From: a virus
Taxonomy: Duplodnaviria; Caudoviricetes
Direction: 5' to 3' (one strand)
DNA: 53,887 bases
Virus record (IMG/VR): IMGVR_UViG_3300044641_006158
Location: 1-53,887 of that record
Part shown: piece after piece, positions 1 through 9,816 of the stretch
Position numbering within the stretch: the stretch's first letter is position 1
Layout: the number at the start of each line of letters is the position of its first letter
Notes under the pieces: generated by a model
Database searches by the model: none
Told to the model about the DNA's origin: nothing
What the model saw: the letters and a program-made list of their open reading frames with translations, nothing else
Translations under genes and position numbers: made by a program

Positions 1-200
1 CAATAGGACCAATGGGTCCAATAGGTCCCTGTGGTCCAATGGGTCCAATGGGTCCTTGTGGTCCAATGGGTCCAATAGGACCAATGGGTCCAATAGGTCC
101 CTGTGGTCCAATGGGTCCAATGGGTCCTTGTGGTCCAATGGGTCCAATAGGACCAATGGGTCCAATAGGTCCCTGTGGTCCAATGGGTCCAATGGGTCCC
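1..200. repeat. 72-bp tandem repeat within collagen-coding DNA (~2.7 copies)
   Basis: Unit starting caataggaccaatgggtccaataggtccc recurs at 1, 73 and 145. Confidence 0.8.
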
Positions 201-883
201 TGTGGTCCAGTAGCACCTCTTGGTCCTATAGGACCGATAGGACCAATGGGTCCAATAGGTCCAATAGGTCCCTGTGGTCCTGTAGGCCCAATAGGACCAA
301 TGGGTCCAATAGGTCCCTGTGGTCCTGTAGGCCCAATAGGACCAATAGGACCAATGGGTCCCTGCGGTCCTGTAGGCCCAATAGGACCAATAGGACCAAT
401 GGGTCCCTGCGGTCCTATTGGACCGATGGGTCCTTGTGGTCCCGTAGGACCTCTCAAGTTAGTCTGTGGTCCTACCCAGACACCGTTTGCTGCTACTATT
501 TCACCGTAATTTTGTATTCTTAGTGAAGAAACGTTTGCTGAACCTGTTACTTGAAGTTTACTTATACCGTCTGTTGTAGTACCACCTAATAATACATTAC
601 CAGAGTATTGGGCTAATTTGACTGTGCCGTCATCGAGAACTTCAATTGATGGAATGCCAGAAATATCATTGACAGAAAATAGTGTTCCTGTTAAATTGTT
701 TGTTATCGAGAATAATTGGCCTGCGGAGCCTTCAAAAGAAAGAGTACCGTTAGAAGTTGGGTATACTTGAAGAGTGATATCAGTATTTGTAGTGGCGTCT
801 CCACCAGAAAACACAATTTTAGGATCATTTGTTGTTGATCCTATATTGGGAGTTATAGTAATATTTTTATATGAATTCGCCAT
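1..883 (-). CDS. Collagen-like tail/appendage fibre protein (3'-truncated by the window edge; not in ORF track)
   Basis: ATG at 883-881 reads [28 protein letters not shown]...[35 protein letters not shown]... and then runs into (GPI/GPQ/GPT)n to the window edge; ACTAAATA late-promoter-like motif upstream. Confidence 0.85.
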   Translation of the reverse strand, partial: MANSYKNITITPNIGSTTNDPKIVFSGGDATTNTDITLQVYPTSNGTLSFEGSAGQLFSITNNLTGTLFSVNDISGIPSIEVLDDGTVKLAQYSGNVLLGGTTTDGISKLQVTGSANVSSLRIQNYGEIVAANGVWVGPQTNLRGPTGPQGPIGPIGPQGPIGPIGPIGPTGPQGPIGPIGPIGPTGPQGPIGPIGPIGPTGPQGPIGPIGPIGPIGPIGPRGATGPQGPIGPIGPQGPIGPIGPIGPIGPQGPIGPIGPQGPIGPIGPIGPIGPQGPIGPIGPQGPIGPIGPI

Positions 884-913
884 GTTTATGATTCTTTTTG
901 GAAATTATAATGT

Positions 914-921
914 TATTTAGT
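914..921 (-). promoter_or_regulatory. T4-type late promoter variant (ACTAAATA)
   Basis: Close to the TATAAATA consensus; ~30 nt upstream of the ATG at 883. Confidence 0.55.
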
Positions 922-929
922 TGTGATGT

Positions 930-1700
930 TTATAATCCGAATCTTCTTCTATGTGAAGAATAGTTATTAGTTACTTCAGTTGAAGATAGTTGTTTACTAT
1001 GAATCATTATGATGCCGATAGATCCTATAAAACATTGGCCATAACTGTCAGTTCCTGATCCGTAACTATCTGAATTACAGGGACCCCATAAACTACCAAA
1101 AGATACCAAAGTTCCGTTTACACTACTGTTTAAAGTGTGTGATGAATCTTGTGTTCCATTGATGTACATTACCATATTGGTTCCAGATTTTGCCCATACT
1201 AGATTCTTCCAATTACCATCATTTACAGATGCTGTGCTTGAAACTGTTCTCCATGTTGTATCATAATACCAATACTTCATTTTATTAGCTGCAATCGAGT
1301 AACCTAAATTTACAGGTCCTCCACTACAATGACTTATTATTCCATTCTCTCTATCCGTGTTTGTAGTTTTACACCACACAGATACAGTTATGGCGGATCC
1401 AGCGTTTATAGTTGAAAATTTTCCAAAATCATTACCGTCAAATACGAATTCACCCATTCTATTTTCTAAAAAAGAAGGTGAGCCTGGTGAATTCAAAGAA
1501 TAAGTTGCACCTCCGGCATTATACATTGTCACATCTCTAGCGTTATTACTTAGATCCTTTAACACAGAACCAGAACCGCTATAACTGAATTTTCTTCCTA
1601 GATCATAATACAACTGTAAAGAGTCTATTACTAGACCAGAAATATTAGTTTTATTTACGGTTTGTAATAAATTATTGTTAGGTCCAGCATGTACACTCAT
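930..1700 (-). CDS. LamG/concanavalin A-like lectin-domain virion protein (copy 3)
   Basis: LQLYYDLG..SYSGSG start, FDG motif, WKNLVW...MYING...F.GSIG, C-terminal RRRFGL; paralogous to the two upstream genes. Confidence 0.8.
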   Translation of the reverse strand: MSVHAGPNNNLLQTVNKTNISGLVIDSLQLYYDLGRKFSYSGSGSVLKDLSNNARDVTMYNAGGATYSLNSPGSPSFLENRMGEFVFDGNDFGKFSTINAGSAITVSVWCKTTNTDRENGIISHCSGGPVNLGYSIAANKMKYWYYDTTWRTVSSTASVNDGNWKNLVWAKSGTNMVMYINGTQDSSHTLNSSVNGTLVSFGSLWGPCNSDSYGSGTDSYGQCFIGSIGIIMIHSKQLSSTEVTNNYSSHRRRFGL

Positions 1701-2422
1701 ATGCCAAACCTTCCACGCAGAGCGTTAAAATTTTGTTGTATTTCTTGTGCAGTTAAAGTTCGATTATATACTTTACACACTGCTAATAAACCCAGTATAC
1801 TAAATGATGTGTTACCTACCCAACCATCACCGTAAGGATAAAGTGTCATTAATCCTGTAGTTATATCAGCATTTCCGCTTGATGGAATTGTGGATAATAA
1901 ACCATGATTTTGGTTTCCGGAGTGTTGATTGTAATTTATATAATAACCTATTTGTGTGCCGTTAGCCCAGCAGACTATATTAGTCCATGTTCCGTTTGAA
2001 ACTTGCCTACCAAAACTTATAGTGCTCGAACCACTACCGGTGCTAACATATAATGAATTGGAATATACAAATATGTTGTATTGTCCATTGCCATTCCATG
2101 GCTTTGTGTATAACACTCCACTGGTATCAGATGACTTGACCCACATATCTATTGTAAACTGAGATAGTCCTAAACTACCATCAGGCAACCACGCCAACGA
2201 GCCTCCGTTGTTTATAGTTATCATATCATTTGAACCATCAAAACTGAAACATTGTGAGGTGTCGTTTGTGAATGTTGGCCCATTTAAGATATTTCCATAT
2301 CTATTATTTCCGCTTAAATCGAACCATGTGTTTCCACTGCCAGAATAACTTTTACGATTAGCAGCATCTAAACATAATACTAGATTATCAGTGACAATTT
2401 TAGGCGAATGTGATAATCCCAT
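1697..2422 (-). CDS. LamG/concanavalin A-like lectin-domain virion protein (copy 2)
   Basis: IVTDNLVLCLDAANRKSYSGSG...FSFDGSND...VYNRTLTAQEIQQNFNALRGRFGI. Confidence 0.85.
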   Translation of the reverse strand: MGLSHSPKIVTDNLVLCLDAANRKSYSGSGNTWFDLSGNNRYGNILNGPTFTNDTSQCFSFDGSNDMITINNGGSLAWLPDGSLGLSQFTIDMWVKSSDTSGVLYTKPWNGNGQYNIFVYSNSLYVSTGSGSSTISFGRQVSNGTWTNIVCWANGTQIGYYINYNQHSGNQNHGLLSTIPSSGNADITTGLMTLYPYGDGWVGNTSFSILGLLAVCKVYNRTLTAQEIQQNFNALRGRFGI

Positions 2423-2424
2423 AA

Positions 2425-3123
2425 TTAAATTCCAAATCTTCCACGTAAAGCGTTAAAATTCTGAAAAATTTCTTGTGCAGATAAAGCACGATTATAAATT
2501 TGTGCGTTACTCACATCACCGGAAAAATAATATCCAGAAGAATAACCAGAACCTATTCTTAACGGCGAAGCACTTGAACAATCAATAATATTAGTTGAAT
2601 TTCCAGTAGAATTTAATAGTCCATTTATGTAAAGAGAAACGTTATTAGCATTTCTCGTCATTACTGCATTAACCCATTGATTGGTTGTAACTGAAATATA
2701 AAAACCAAACAATTCTCTAGGTTCAACTAAATCTTGCGTAATGCGAACCCATACTACTCCGTCCCAACAAAACATAAACCAACCAGTTCCTGGGCCAGAA
2801 TGTGGATTATATTTACTAAAAACGCCGCGAGTTCCTGTTGATCCGGAACTTGCTTTTGCCCAAAAAGATGTTGAAAAATTAGAAGTGCCAAAATTTCCTA
2901 TACTAGTATTTGAAATATCGGCAAAATCATTTATTCCATCAAATACTATACTTCCTCCGTTTGCACTATTAAAAGTTGGTCCATTAGTTAATGTGCTGTT
3001 ATTATTATTTCCGCTTAAATCTCTCCAAGTCGTGCCAGTACCAGGATAACTTTTACGATTAGCAGCATCTAAACATAATACTAGCCCATCAGTAACCATA
3101 CGAGGATTATAATTAGTCCCCAT
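2425..3123 (-). CDS. LamG/concanavalin A-like lectin-domain virion protein (copy 1; start probably MGTNYNP)
   Basis: VTDGLVLCLDAANRKSYPGTG...IVFDGIND...LYINGLL...YFSGDVSNAQIYNRALSAQEIFQNFNALRGRFGI. Confidence 0.85.
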   Translation of the reverse strand: MGTNYNPRMVTDGLVLCLDAANRKSYPGTGTTWRDLSGNNNNSTLTNGPTFNSANGGSIVFDGINDFADISNTSIGNFGTSNFSTSFWAKASSGSTGTRGVFSKYNPHSGPGTGWFMFCWDGVVWVRITQDLVEPRELFGFYISVTTNQWVNAVMTRNANNVSLYINGLLNSTGNSTNIIDCSSASPLRIGSGYSSGYYFSGDVSNAQIYNRALSAQEIFQNFNALRGRFGI

Positions 3124-3124
3124 T

Positions 3125-3385
3125 TTAAACTCCAATAGACATGTCCATAGATGTAGTCCATGCTTCCGTTTTTAGTATTTCTATAATTTCATTATGTGTA
3201 TATGGACCTTCCGCAGTTGTTAACTCAATGGTTGATGTCGGACGTTCTCCACTCCATTTAACAAAAGTTTTTGTGCCGTCTACGCTACGTCTAACAGTAT
3301 CAACATTCGTTTCTAATACTTCACTAAAATTAATTTGATTAATTTCCGACACATTAAAAATCAAATAATTTCTTGTTTCATACAT
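3125..3385 (-). CDS. Small phage protein preceding the LamG array (possible adaptor or chaperone)
   Basis: 86-aa ORF tightly packed between the fibre gene and the LamG genes; function inferred from position only. Confidence 0.65.
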   Translation of the reverse strand: MYETRNYLIFNVSEINQINFSEVLETNVDTVRRSVDGTKTFVKWSGERPTSTIELTTAEGPYTHNEIIEILKTEAWTTSMDMSIGV

Positions 3386-3394
3386 ATTTTTTCC

Positions 3395-6300
3395 TTATTC
3401 CTCCACCACCAATTTATCAATATCTTTACGCTCAGCCATAATGTAATAGTAGCAGTCGATATCATCTATGATTAAATCAGAGCAACCGATTTCGATGTTA
3501 TTTTCACTTATCGTTTTTACATATAAATTCTGAGCCATTCCAATAGCAGTTAATTGAACTGTTACACTGTCTATATGCACAAGTGAAGACCAATATTCAG
3601 GCATTTCAATCACATTATCGCCCGTCAATCTTCCTCTAGCGTATACTGCATTTTCTGGACCTTCGAGCACACCATATACAAGCATTTTACCTGACTTAGT
3701 TGGGTGTGGAATACGGAATGATTTCGCTACAGCGTACAGTGTACCTGTACTTGGATTTACATATACTGCATTTGTTACAGATACGTATGGTGTTTGATTC
3801 GATCCAGCAGACTGTACACCAACAAGATAGTTGTTAAATGATGATGTTGTATTTGTTGCATTGATAGCAGTTGATGGTCCAACTGGACCAATCGGTCCAA
3901 TCGGACCAATTGGTCCCTGCGGGCCTTGTGGTCCTGTAGGGCCTATGGGTCCAATAGGACCTATCGGACCAATTGGACCGATTGGTCCTTGTGGTCCAGT
4001 GGGACCTGTGGGTCCTATGGGCCCAATTGGTCCGATAGGACCAATTGGGCCTTGTGGTCCTGTAGGGCCGATCGGACCAATGGGTCCCTGTGGACCAGTG
4101 GGTCCAATTGGACCAATTGGTCCTTGTGGGCCTGTAGCACCTCTTGGTCCGATTGGACCAATCGGACCAATAGGACCTTGTGGTCCTGATGCACCAATTG
4201 GACCAATTGGTCCAATCGGACCTATAGGCCCCTGTGGTCCTGATGCGCCAATAGGACCAATTGGTCCAATTGGACCCTGTGGACCGATTGGTCCTATTGG
4301 ACCTTGTGGACCTGATGCACCAATTGGTCCTATAGGACCAATTGGGCCTATTGGTCCCTGTGGTCCTGTAGGTCCTATTGGTCCTATAGGACCAATAGGA
4401 CCGATAGGACCTTGTGGTCCTGATGCGCCAATTGGACCTATCGGACCTATTGGTCCGATAGGTCCGATCGGACCTTGAGGTCCAGTAGGTCCACTTGGTC
4501 CTATTGGTCCTATTGGTCCGATAGGGCCTTGTGGACCCGTAGGGCCTATTGGACCAATAGGCCCCTGTGGTCCAATAGGTCCAATAGGTCCGATTGGACC
4601 CTGTGGTCCTGTTGGACCACCAGATAAAAGATTTGTGCCGACGCCAGCAGCCAATGCTGTGATATCTAGATATGCGCCGCGTGCTGTACCGCCTTGTTCA
4701 AAAAATCTTATTCTATTTTGATACGCATCAATTGTTATGCCTGTACCGCTATAAGTTGCATTACTTGCAGGCTTTGCTAATAATATTTCTCCACCTTCAT
4801 CACCAGAAGATTGTGTCACTCTTAAAAGATTTGCAGAGAGTATACCAGTAGCTTCATCCCATGTTAAACGAGAGTCTCCGCCAGCAACACCTGCATCATT
4901 GTAAATAATTTGTGTATTTGAACCTGCGATCGGTCCTGTTGGACCTGTCGGTCCTATAGGACCGATTGGACCTTGTGGTCCAGTTGGTCCAATAGGACCT
5001 ATCGGACCTTGTGGACCTGTTGGGCCCGTAGCACCTCTTGGCCCAATCGGTCCAATAGGGCCAATAGGACCTTGCGGTCCAGATGCACCAATAGGACCAA
5101 TTGGTCCAATCGGACCTATAGGACCCTGTGGTCCTGATGCGCCAATTGGACCAATTGGTCCAATCGGACCCTGTGGTCCTGATGCGCCAATTGGACCAAT
5201 TGGTCCAATCGGACCTATAGGACCCTGTGGTCCTGATGCGCCAATTGGACCAATTGGTCCAATTGGACCCTGTGGTCCAGTAGGACCTATAGGACCAATT
5301 GGTCCTATAGGTCCTTGTGGTCCAGATGCGCCAATTGGTCCTATAGGTCCAATAGGGCCAATAGGACCTTGCGGTCCAGATGCACCAATAGGACCAATTG
5401 GTCCTATTGGACCTATAGGACCCTGTGGTCCAGTAGGTCCTATAGGTCCTTGTGGTCCTGATGCGCCAATTGGTCCAATAGGGCCAATAGGACCTTGTGG
5501 TCCTGATGCGCCAATTGGTCCAATAGGGCCAATAGGACCCTGTGGTCCAATAGGTCCAATCGGTCCAATTGGACCTATAGGTCCTTGTGGTCCGATTGGA
5601 CCTTGTGGACCCGTTGGTCCTGATACGCCAATTGGTCCAATAGGGCCAATAGGACCTTGCGGTCCAGATGCGCCAATTGGTCCAATAGGGCCAATAGGAC
5701 CTTGTGGACCCGTTGGTCCTGTTGGACCAATGGCGCCTGCGGCGCCGGATAAATTTACAGTCCAGACATTATAAGTTCCTGCGCCGCTTGAACCTGTTGT
5801 AGTAAATGCAATATATCCATTCGATGAGTTGTAAAAATTGACAGTTGCATCCTGATATATTGTCGAAGTGTTTGCTATACGAATTGGCTGAGAAACACTA
5901 TATGCAAGACTTGTACCAATTACAATATTTCCAAGATTTCCGTTTCCTTGTATCGTGTATGAAGTAGAACTTGTTGTTTGATAGCGATCACCGGCAACAC
6001 CAGAAGGACCTTGTGGACCAGTTGGACCGCTTGAGCCTATAGGACCGATTGGACCTTGTGGACCTGTTGGACCAATTGGACCGATGGGGCCTATTGGTCC
6101 AATTGGTCCGATAGGACCTTGCGGACCTGTTGGACCAATTGGACCAATAGGACCTTGTGGTCCAATTGGTCCGATAGGACCTTGCGGACCTGTTGGACCA
6201 ATTGGACCAATAGGACCTTGTGGACCAATGGGACCGATGGGTCCTATAGGTCCCTGTGGACCTGATGCTCCAATTGGACCAATAGGACCGATAGGACCAA

Positions 6301-6904
6301 TTGGTCCCTGTGGTCCTGATGCGCCAATTGGACCAATAGGACCGATGGGACCGATAGGACCTTGCGGACCGGATGCGCCAATTGGACCGATAGGTCCGAT
6401 AGGACCAATTGGTCCAATAGGACCTTGTGGACCAATTGGTCCTATTGGACCAATTGGACCTTGTGGTCCTGATGCACCGATTGGTCCAATGGGACCGATA
6501 GGACCCTGTGGTCCCGTAGGACCTGTCGGGCCTGGTGTTAATGATATTGTATTTGCGTAGTTGAACGCAGCATTCGCTTGATTGTATGCTGCGTTAATAA
6601 CTGGAGTTAAATTTTCACCAATTACGATTCTATCGAGTGTTGTGTTTGTTGAGAGTGTTATACCATTACTAGACTGAATCGTTAAGATTTCTGTTGGCGT
6701 TGTTGGTATGAGTAGAGTTCCATTTACATTAATAGTTTCATATTGATTTGCTGTGTAAATGGATTTAACTTGATCAAGGTCATTTTTATAATACAGTTTA
6801 CCATCGGCGTAATTGAGTGCCAATTCACCGTATGTTATAGAAGATGTATCGGGAACATTACCAGTGTTTGATGATCTTTTTAACTGTATTGTTGTATTTG
6901 ACAT
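3395..6904 (-). CDS. Collagen-like fibre protein: Mtd_N-like N-terminus, three GPX blocks, C-terminal chaperone-like domain
   Basis: TIQLKRSS...[17 protein letters not shown]-terminus; collagen blocks at ~6000-6535, ~4930-5745 and ~3875-4620; C-terminal KSFRIPHP...[12 protein letters not shown]. Confidence 0.85.
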   Translation of the reverse strand: MSNTTIQLKRSSNTGNVPDTSSITYGELALNYADGKLYYKNDLDQVKSIYTANQYETINVNGTLLIPTTPTEILTIQSSNGITLSTNTTLDRIVIGENLTPVINAAYNQANAAFNYANTISLTPGPTGPTGPQGPIGPIGPIGASGPQGPIGPIGPIGPQGPIGPIGPIGPIGPIGASGPQGPIGPIGPIGPIGASGPQGPIGPIGPIGPIGASGPQGPIGPIGPIGPQGPIGPIGPTGPQGPIGPIGPQGPIGPIGPTGPQGPIGPIGPIGPIGPIGPTGPQGPIGPIGSSGPTGPQGPSGVAGDRYQTTSSTSYTIQGNGNLGNIVIGTSLAYSVSQPIRIANTSTIYQDATVNFYNSSNGYIAFTTTGSSGAGTYNVWTVNLSGAAGAIGPTGPTGPQGPIGPIGPIGASGPQGPIGPIGPIGVSGPTGPQGPIGPQGPIGPIGPIGPIGPQGPIGPIGPIGASGPQGPIGPIGPIGASGPQGPIGPTGPQGPIGPIGPIGPIGASGPQGPIGPIGPIGPIGASGPQGPIGPIGPIGPTGPQGPIGPIGPIGASGPQGPIGPIGPIGPIGASGPQGPIGPIGPIGASGPQGPIGPIGPIGPIGASGPQGPIGPIGPIGPRGATGPTGPQGPIGPIGPTGPQGPIGPIGPTGPTGPIAGSNTQIIYNDAGVAGGDSRLTWDEATGILSANLLRVTQSSGDEGGEILLAKPASNATYSGTGITIDAYQNRIRFFEQGGTARGAYLDITALAAGVGTNLLSGGPTGPQGPIGPIGPIGPQGPIGPIGPTGPQGPIGPIGPIGPSGPTGPQGPIGPIGPIGPIGPIGASGPQGPIGPIGPIGPIGPTGPQGPIGPIGPIGPIGASGPQGPIGPIGPQGPIGPIGPIGASGPQGPIGPIGPIGPIGASGPQGPIGPIGPIGPRGATGPQGPIGPIGPTGPQGPIGPIGPTGPQGPIGPIGPIGPIGPTGPTGPQGPIGPIGPIGPIGPIGPTGPQGPQGPIGPIGPIGPVGPSTAINATNTTSSFNNYLVGVQSAGSNQTPYVSVTNAVYVNPSTGTLYAVAKSFRIPHPTKSGKMLVYGVLEGPENAVYARGRLTGDNVIEMPEYWSSLVHIDSVTVQLTAIGMAQNLYVKTISENNIEIGCSDLIIDDIDCYYYIMAERKDIDKLVVEE

Positions 6905-7419
6905 TAAAATTTACCCGCATCTTTTACTGTATTTAAAGATTCGTCGTTTTCTTGGAAAATAAATTCAGAAATTAATTGCTGTTTATCTTTTTTGGAGTTT
7001 CGTACAATAGACTTCGAATCATTTTTCGAATTCAATTTCTCAATTTGCTTTTTCAAATTTTCAATTTCAATACTTTTTTCATCCAACTCTTTGATAAGGT
7101 TTTTATTTTTAGTTCTTTCTATAGACAATTCATTTTTAAATGTGTCTACATGCTGAACGGATTTTTTTAATTCATTATTCTCTATAGACGAAACTTCTTT
7201 TTGTTTTCTCGCTTCATTTAGTTGATTCTTCAAATCATTAATTTGATTTTGATGTTCAGTTCTCATTGAAACGATTAAATCTTCTAACTTTTTTAATTCT
7301 AGTAAATCATCCTCTAAGACTTTTTTTTCGGCCTGAATAACTAGATTTTTATTAATCGCTTCGCTAATTGTAGAATTCAATAAACTGATGTAATAATTTA
7401 TAAATTTTTCTTTGTTCAA
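6904..7419 (-). CDS. Coiled-coil protein in the fibre operon
   Basis: K/E/L/N-rich heptad pattern; stop overlaps the next start (TAATG); ends DAGKF. Confidence 0.7.
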   Translation of the reverse strand: MNKEKFINYYISLLNSTISEAINKNLVIQAEKKVLEDDLLELKKLEDLIVSMRTEHQNQINDLKNQLNEARKQKEVSSIENNELKKSVQHVDTFKNELSIERTKNKNLIKELDEKSIEIENLKKQIEKLNSKNDSKSIVRNSKKDKQQLISEFIFQENDESLNTVKDAGKF

Positions 7420-7450
7420 GATGAAACTCCTTTCACGACAATTTAATTAT

Positions 7451-9187
7451 TTAGAAAGTACCTCCATCTAAACCACCAAATTTAACTCCATCAGTTCTGT
7501 ATTGCAATACTTGACCAGCTGAAGGTGCATTTGAAACACCGAGTGTACCAGAGCCTGAGCCAAATAGAACTGCATTTGCAGTTACACTTGTTCGACCTGT
7601 GCCACCAAAAGTGACCGGAAGAGCAAATGATTCGCCTAGAACTTGTGTTCCATTGATGTATAGTGATGAAACGTTAGCAGAGCCGTTTACATCTAATGCA
7701 TATGTGTAGACTGCACCAGTTGTTTTGTTGATAGCCCAAGTAGAAGGACCAGTTTGTGAATTGTTTTGTCTAGAAATATAACCAACAATATTCGAAGCAG
7801 CAACAGCACCGATGTGTAAGTAAATAGCACCGATTGTATCGTTTGTTGTATTTGCTTCAGCAGTACCGATCCATAGGTTACCGAGACCTTGACCAGTGTT
7901 GCCTGCGACGTATAGATAACCGTCGTTCGGTTTATGAAATCCATCATACGTGTAGCCACCACCCGCAATACCCATGTTGATATAACCAGAAGCATCTGTG
8001 CCATTATCTGCTGTTGCAACCCAGTCACCAGAACCTTCATTGTTAATATTTTGAATATTGTTTTGTATATACTGTTGACTTGAACCCGTCGCTTGGTACA
8101 ATGTATTAGGTAATGGAATGTATGCCGAATAACCAACAGCAAGTGTAGTGTTTGAGGTATCAAAAGCAAGTAACGAATTTGCATGAAATCTGTTGTTACC
8201 TGAATTACCATCAGCTATCATAATGTAATGTTTGCCAGCCACTGGTGCGGCCGCATCAACTACGTTACCGTAATACGCAACGTTCGCTACGTTAGCTAAC
8301 TGTACATTCGAAGCAACAATTAATTGATTAGTAATAATTGTGCTATTAGCAGTCAGTGATGCTACGTTTGTATGTCCGGATACTTCGAGTGTGCCTGCAT
8401 GTAAACCATTCGTTACAGATGCAGCGTTTAGTGTTGTAGTTCCACCAATCGATTGACCACCGCCTGTGTCTACGATATCATAATTTGTGCCGATTGCTTT
8501 ATCGAGTTGCCATTTATCTGTCGCTTCGTTCCAAATGATTGCTGCATTGTCTGCTGAGCCACGATTGACAGTAATAAATGCATCGATGAGTGGAGAGCCA
8601 CTCGCATTTGCATTCATTACGATTTGATTATTGTCTACAAGTAATGTTTCAACGTTAGTGTAGGAAGTAGCACCTTTAACAACAAGATTACCGGTGATCG
8701 TAACATCAGTGCCGTAGAAATCAGAAGTTGTCTTCGTGAATCTTGCAACTGTCGTGTTGTTTGCAACAAGAATTACAGAGCCACCACCGTCTACAGAAGA
8801 AACGTGTACGTTTGAGTAGCCGCTTTGACCTATCGTGCCATCATAAATTGTATTCGATGATAGTGCATTGATTCTTGAATCTAAGTATGTCTTGTTAACA
8901 GCATCAGTTCCATTTGAAGCAGCATCTACGATAGTTGCCATTCTAAATGAAACATTTCCAGATACATCTCTTCGAACAAGTGTATTAGATGAATTTGAAG
9001 ATGTTGCGCCGTCAATTAAATCGACGTAGTATTTTCCGCCGATTGTAACTACACCGTTAGTGTTATTACCAATGAATAATTTTTGTGATAAGAATGAATA
9101 CGCTTGTTCACCGGGGTTTAATGTTGTAGGTAAAGATGTTGTATCAGAACGTAGTATCTGAATAATTGTATTTGTAGCTCCAGCCAT
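7451..9187 (-). CDS. Tail fibre-like protein with Mtd_N-like N-terminus
   Basis: IIQILRS...LNPGEQAYSF..KLFIG; DAVNKTYLD motif; LPVTFGGTG motif; ends LDGGTF. Confidence 0.8.
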   Translation of the reverse strand: MAGATNTIIQILRSDTTSLPTTLNPGEQAYSFLSQKLFIGNNTNGVVTIGGKYYVDLIDGATSSNSSNTLVRRDVSGNVSFRMATIVDAASNGTDAVNKTYLDSRINALSSNTIYDGTIGQSGYSNVHVSSVDGGGSVILVANNTTVARFTKTTSDFYGTDVTITGNLVVKGATSYTNVETLLVDNNQIVMNANASGSPLIDAFITVNRGSADNAAIIWNEATDKWQLDKAIGTNYDIVDTGGGQSIGGTTTLNAASVTNGLHAGTLEVSGHTNVASLTANSTIITNQLIVASNVQLANVANVAYYGNVVDAAAPVAGKHYIMIADGNSGNNRFHANSLLAFDTSNTTLAVGYSAYIPLPNTLYQATGSSQQYIQNNIQNINNEGSGDWVATADNGTDASGYINMGIAGGGYTYDGFHKPNDGYLYVAGNTGQGLGNLWIGTAEANTTNDTIGAIYLHIGAVAASNIVGYISRQNNSQTGPSTWAINKTTGAVYTYALDVNGSANVSSLYINGTQVLGESFALPVTFGGTGRTSVTANAVLFGSGSGTLGVSNAPSAGQVLQYRTDGVKFGGLDGGTF

Positions 9188-9188
9188 T

Positions 9189-9434
9189 TTAGAATGTGCC
9201 TCCGTTTAAGCGTGGTACATTCTGTACCACAAATTTATCTATGTTATCATCATATGTTAATACCGATAAATTGTTCTCTGTATTTTGAAATACAACATCA
9301 GCAGCATCAGAAACGCTAAAAGATGCGCCTGATGCAGAATATTGAATTGTTCTAACTCTAGTTGCTGGATTAGTATTTACTCGCACATTGACAGTGCGAG
9401 CAGTACCTACTGTGACTTTCGAAACGGAAGCCAT
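9189..9434 (-). CDS. Small virion adaptor-like protein
   Basis: 81 aa with a SDAADVV...VLTYD...KFV fibre-type motif; ends LNGGTF. Confidence 0.65.
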   Translation of the reverse strand: MASVSKVTVGTARTVNVRVNTNPATRVRTIQYSASGASFSVSDAADVVFQNTENNLSVLTYDDNIDKFVVQNVPRLNGGTF

Positions 9435-9443
9435 TTAATTTTC

Positions 9444-9785
9444 CTATTGTTTTGTTACTTGTGGTGATACGTTCACAATACCTTCAAGCACTCTAGTTCG
9501 AGATGATGCATTCGTAATATAAACATCATAAACATATCTACCCGCATTTATGTTCGCAGTGTTTGCGGAATCAAGTGATATTGTAATTATTCCAAGTGCA
9601 GCGTTAGCACCCGTGTTTACATTAAAAGTCGCCGCCACACTTGTTGAATAGTATGACTTTCTCATTTGCGACGACGCTGTAAAATTTACAAGATTGAATG
9701 ATGAACCACCAACATCATCTAGAGTAACAGACATATTAAAGTCAGCACCTTGTTCTAGAAATAGTTCTGTATATCCTGCTGGCAT
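9444..9785 (-). CDS. Virion structural/adaptor protein (BppU N-terminal-like)
   Basis: LFLEQGADF...SQMRKSY...ITISL...AGRYVYDV...RVLEGIVNVSPQVT pattern typical of T4-like environmental phages. Confidence 0.7.
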   Translation of the reverse strand: MPAGYTELFLEQGADFNMSVTLDDVGGSSFNLVNFTASSQMRKSYYSTSVAATFNVNTGANAALGIITISLDSANTANINAGRYVYDVYITNASSRTRVLEGIVNVSPQVTKQ

Positions 9786-9808
9786 ATTTTATTCCATTTG
9801 TTTAAATG

Positions 9809-9816
9809 TATTTATT
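9809..9816 (-). promoter_or_regulatory. Late promoter variant (AATAAATA)
   Basis: One mismatch from TATAAATA; ~24 nt upstream of the ATG at 9785. Confidence 0.5.

Noticed and set aside
930-3135. Diversity-generating retroelement targeting the lectin genes
   Set aside because: No reverse transcriptase in the window and no template/variable pair with adenine-specific mismatches; the shared stretches are identical and coding
12-6560. Plus-strand collagen-like ORFs (12..509, 3831..4478, 6084..6560, also 10890..11252) and W/T/N/R-rich ORFs
   Set aside because: They are antisense or alternate-frame shadows of the self-complementary GPI repeat, have no RBS or globular domains, and are broken by TGA wherever the sense strand reads CCT CAA
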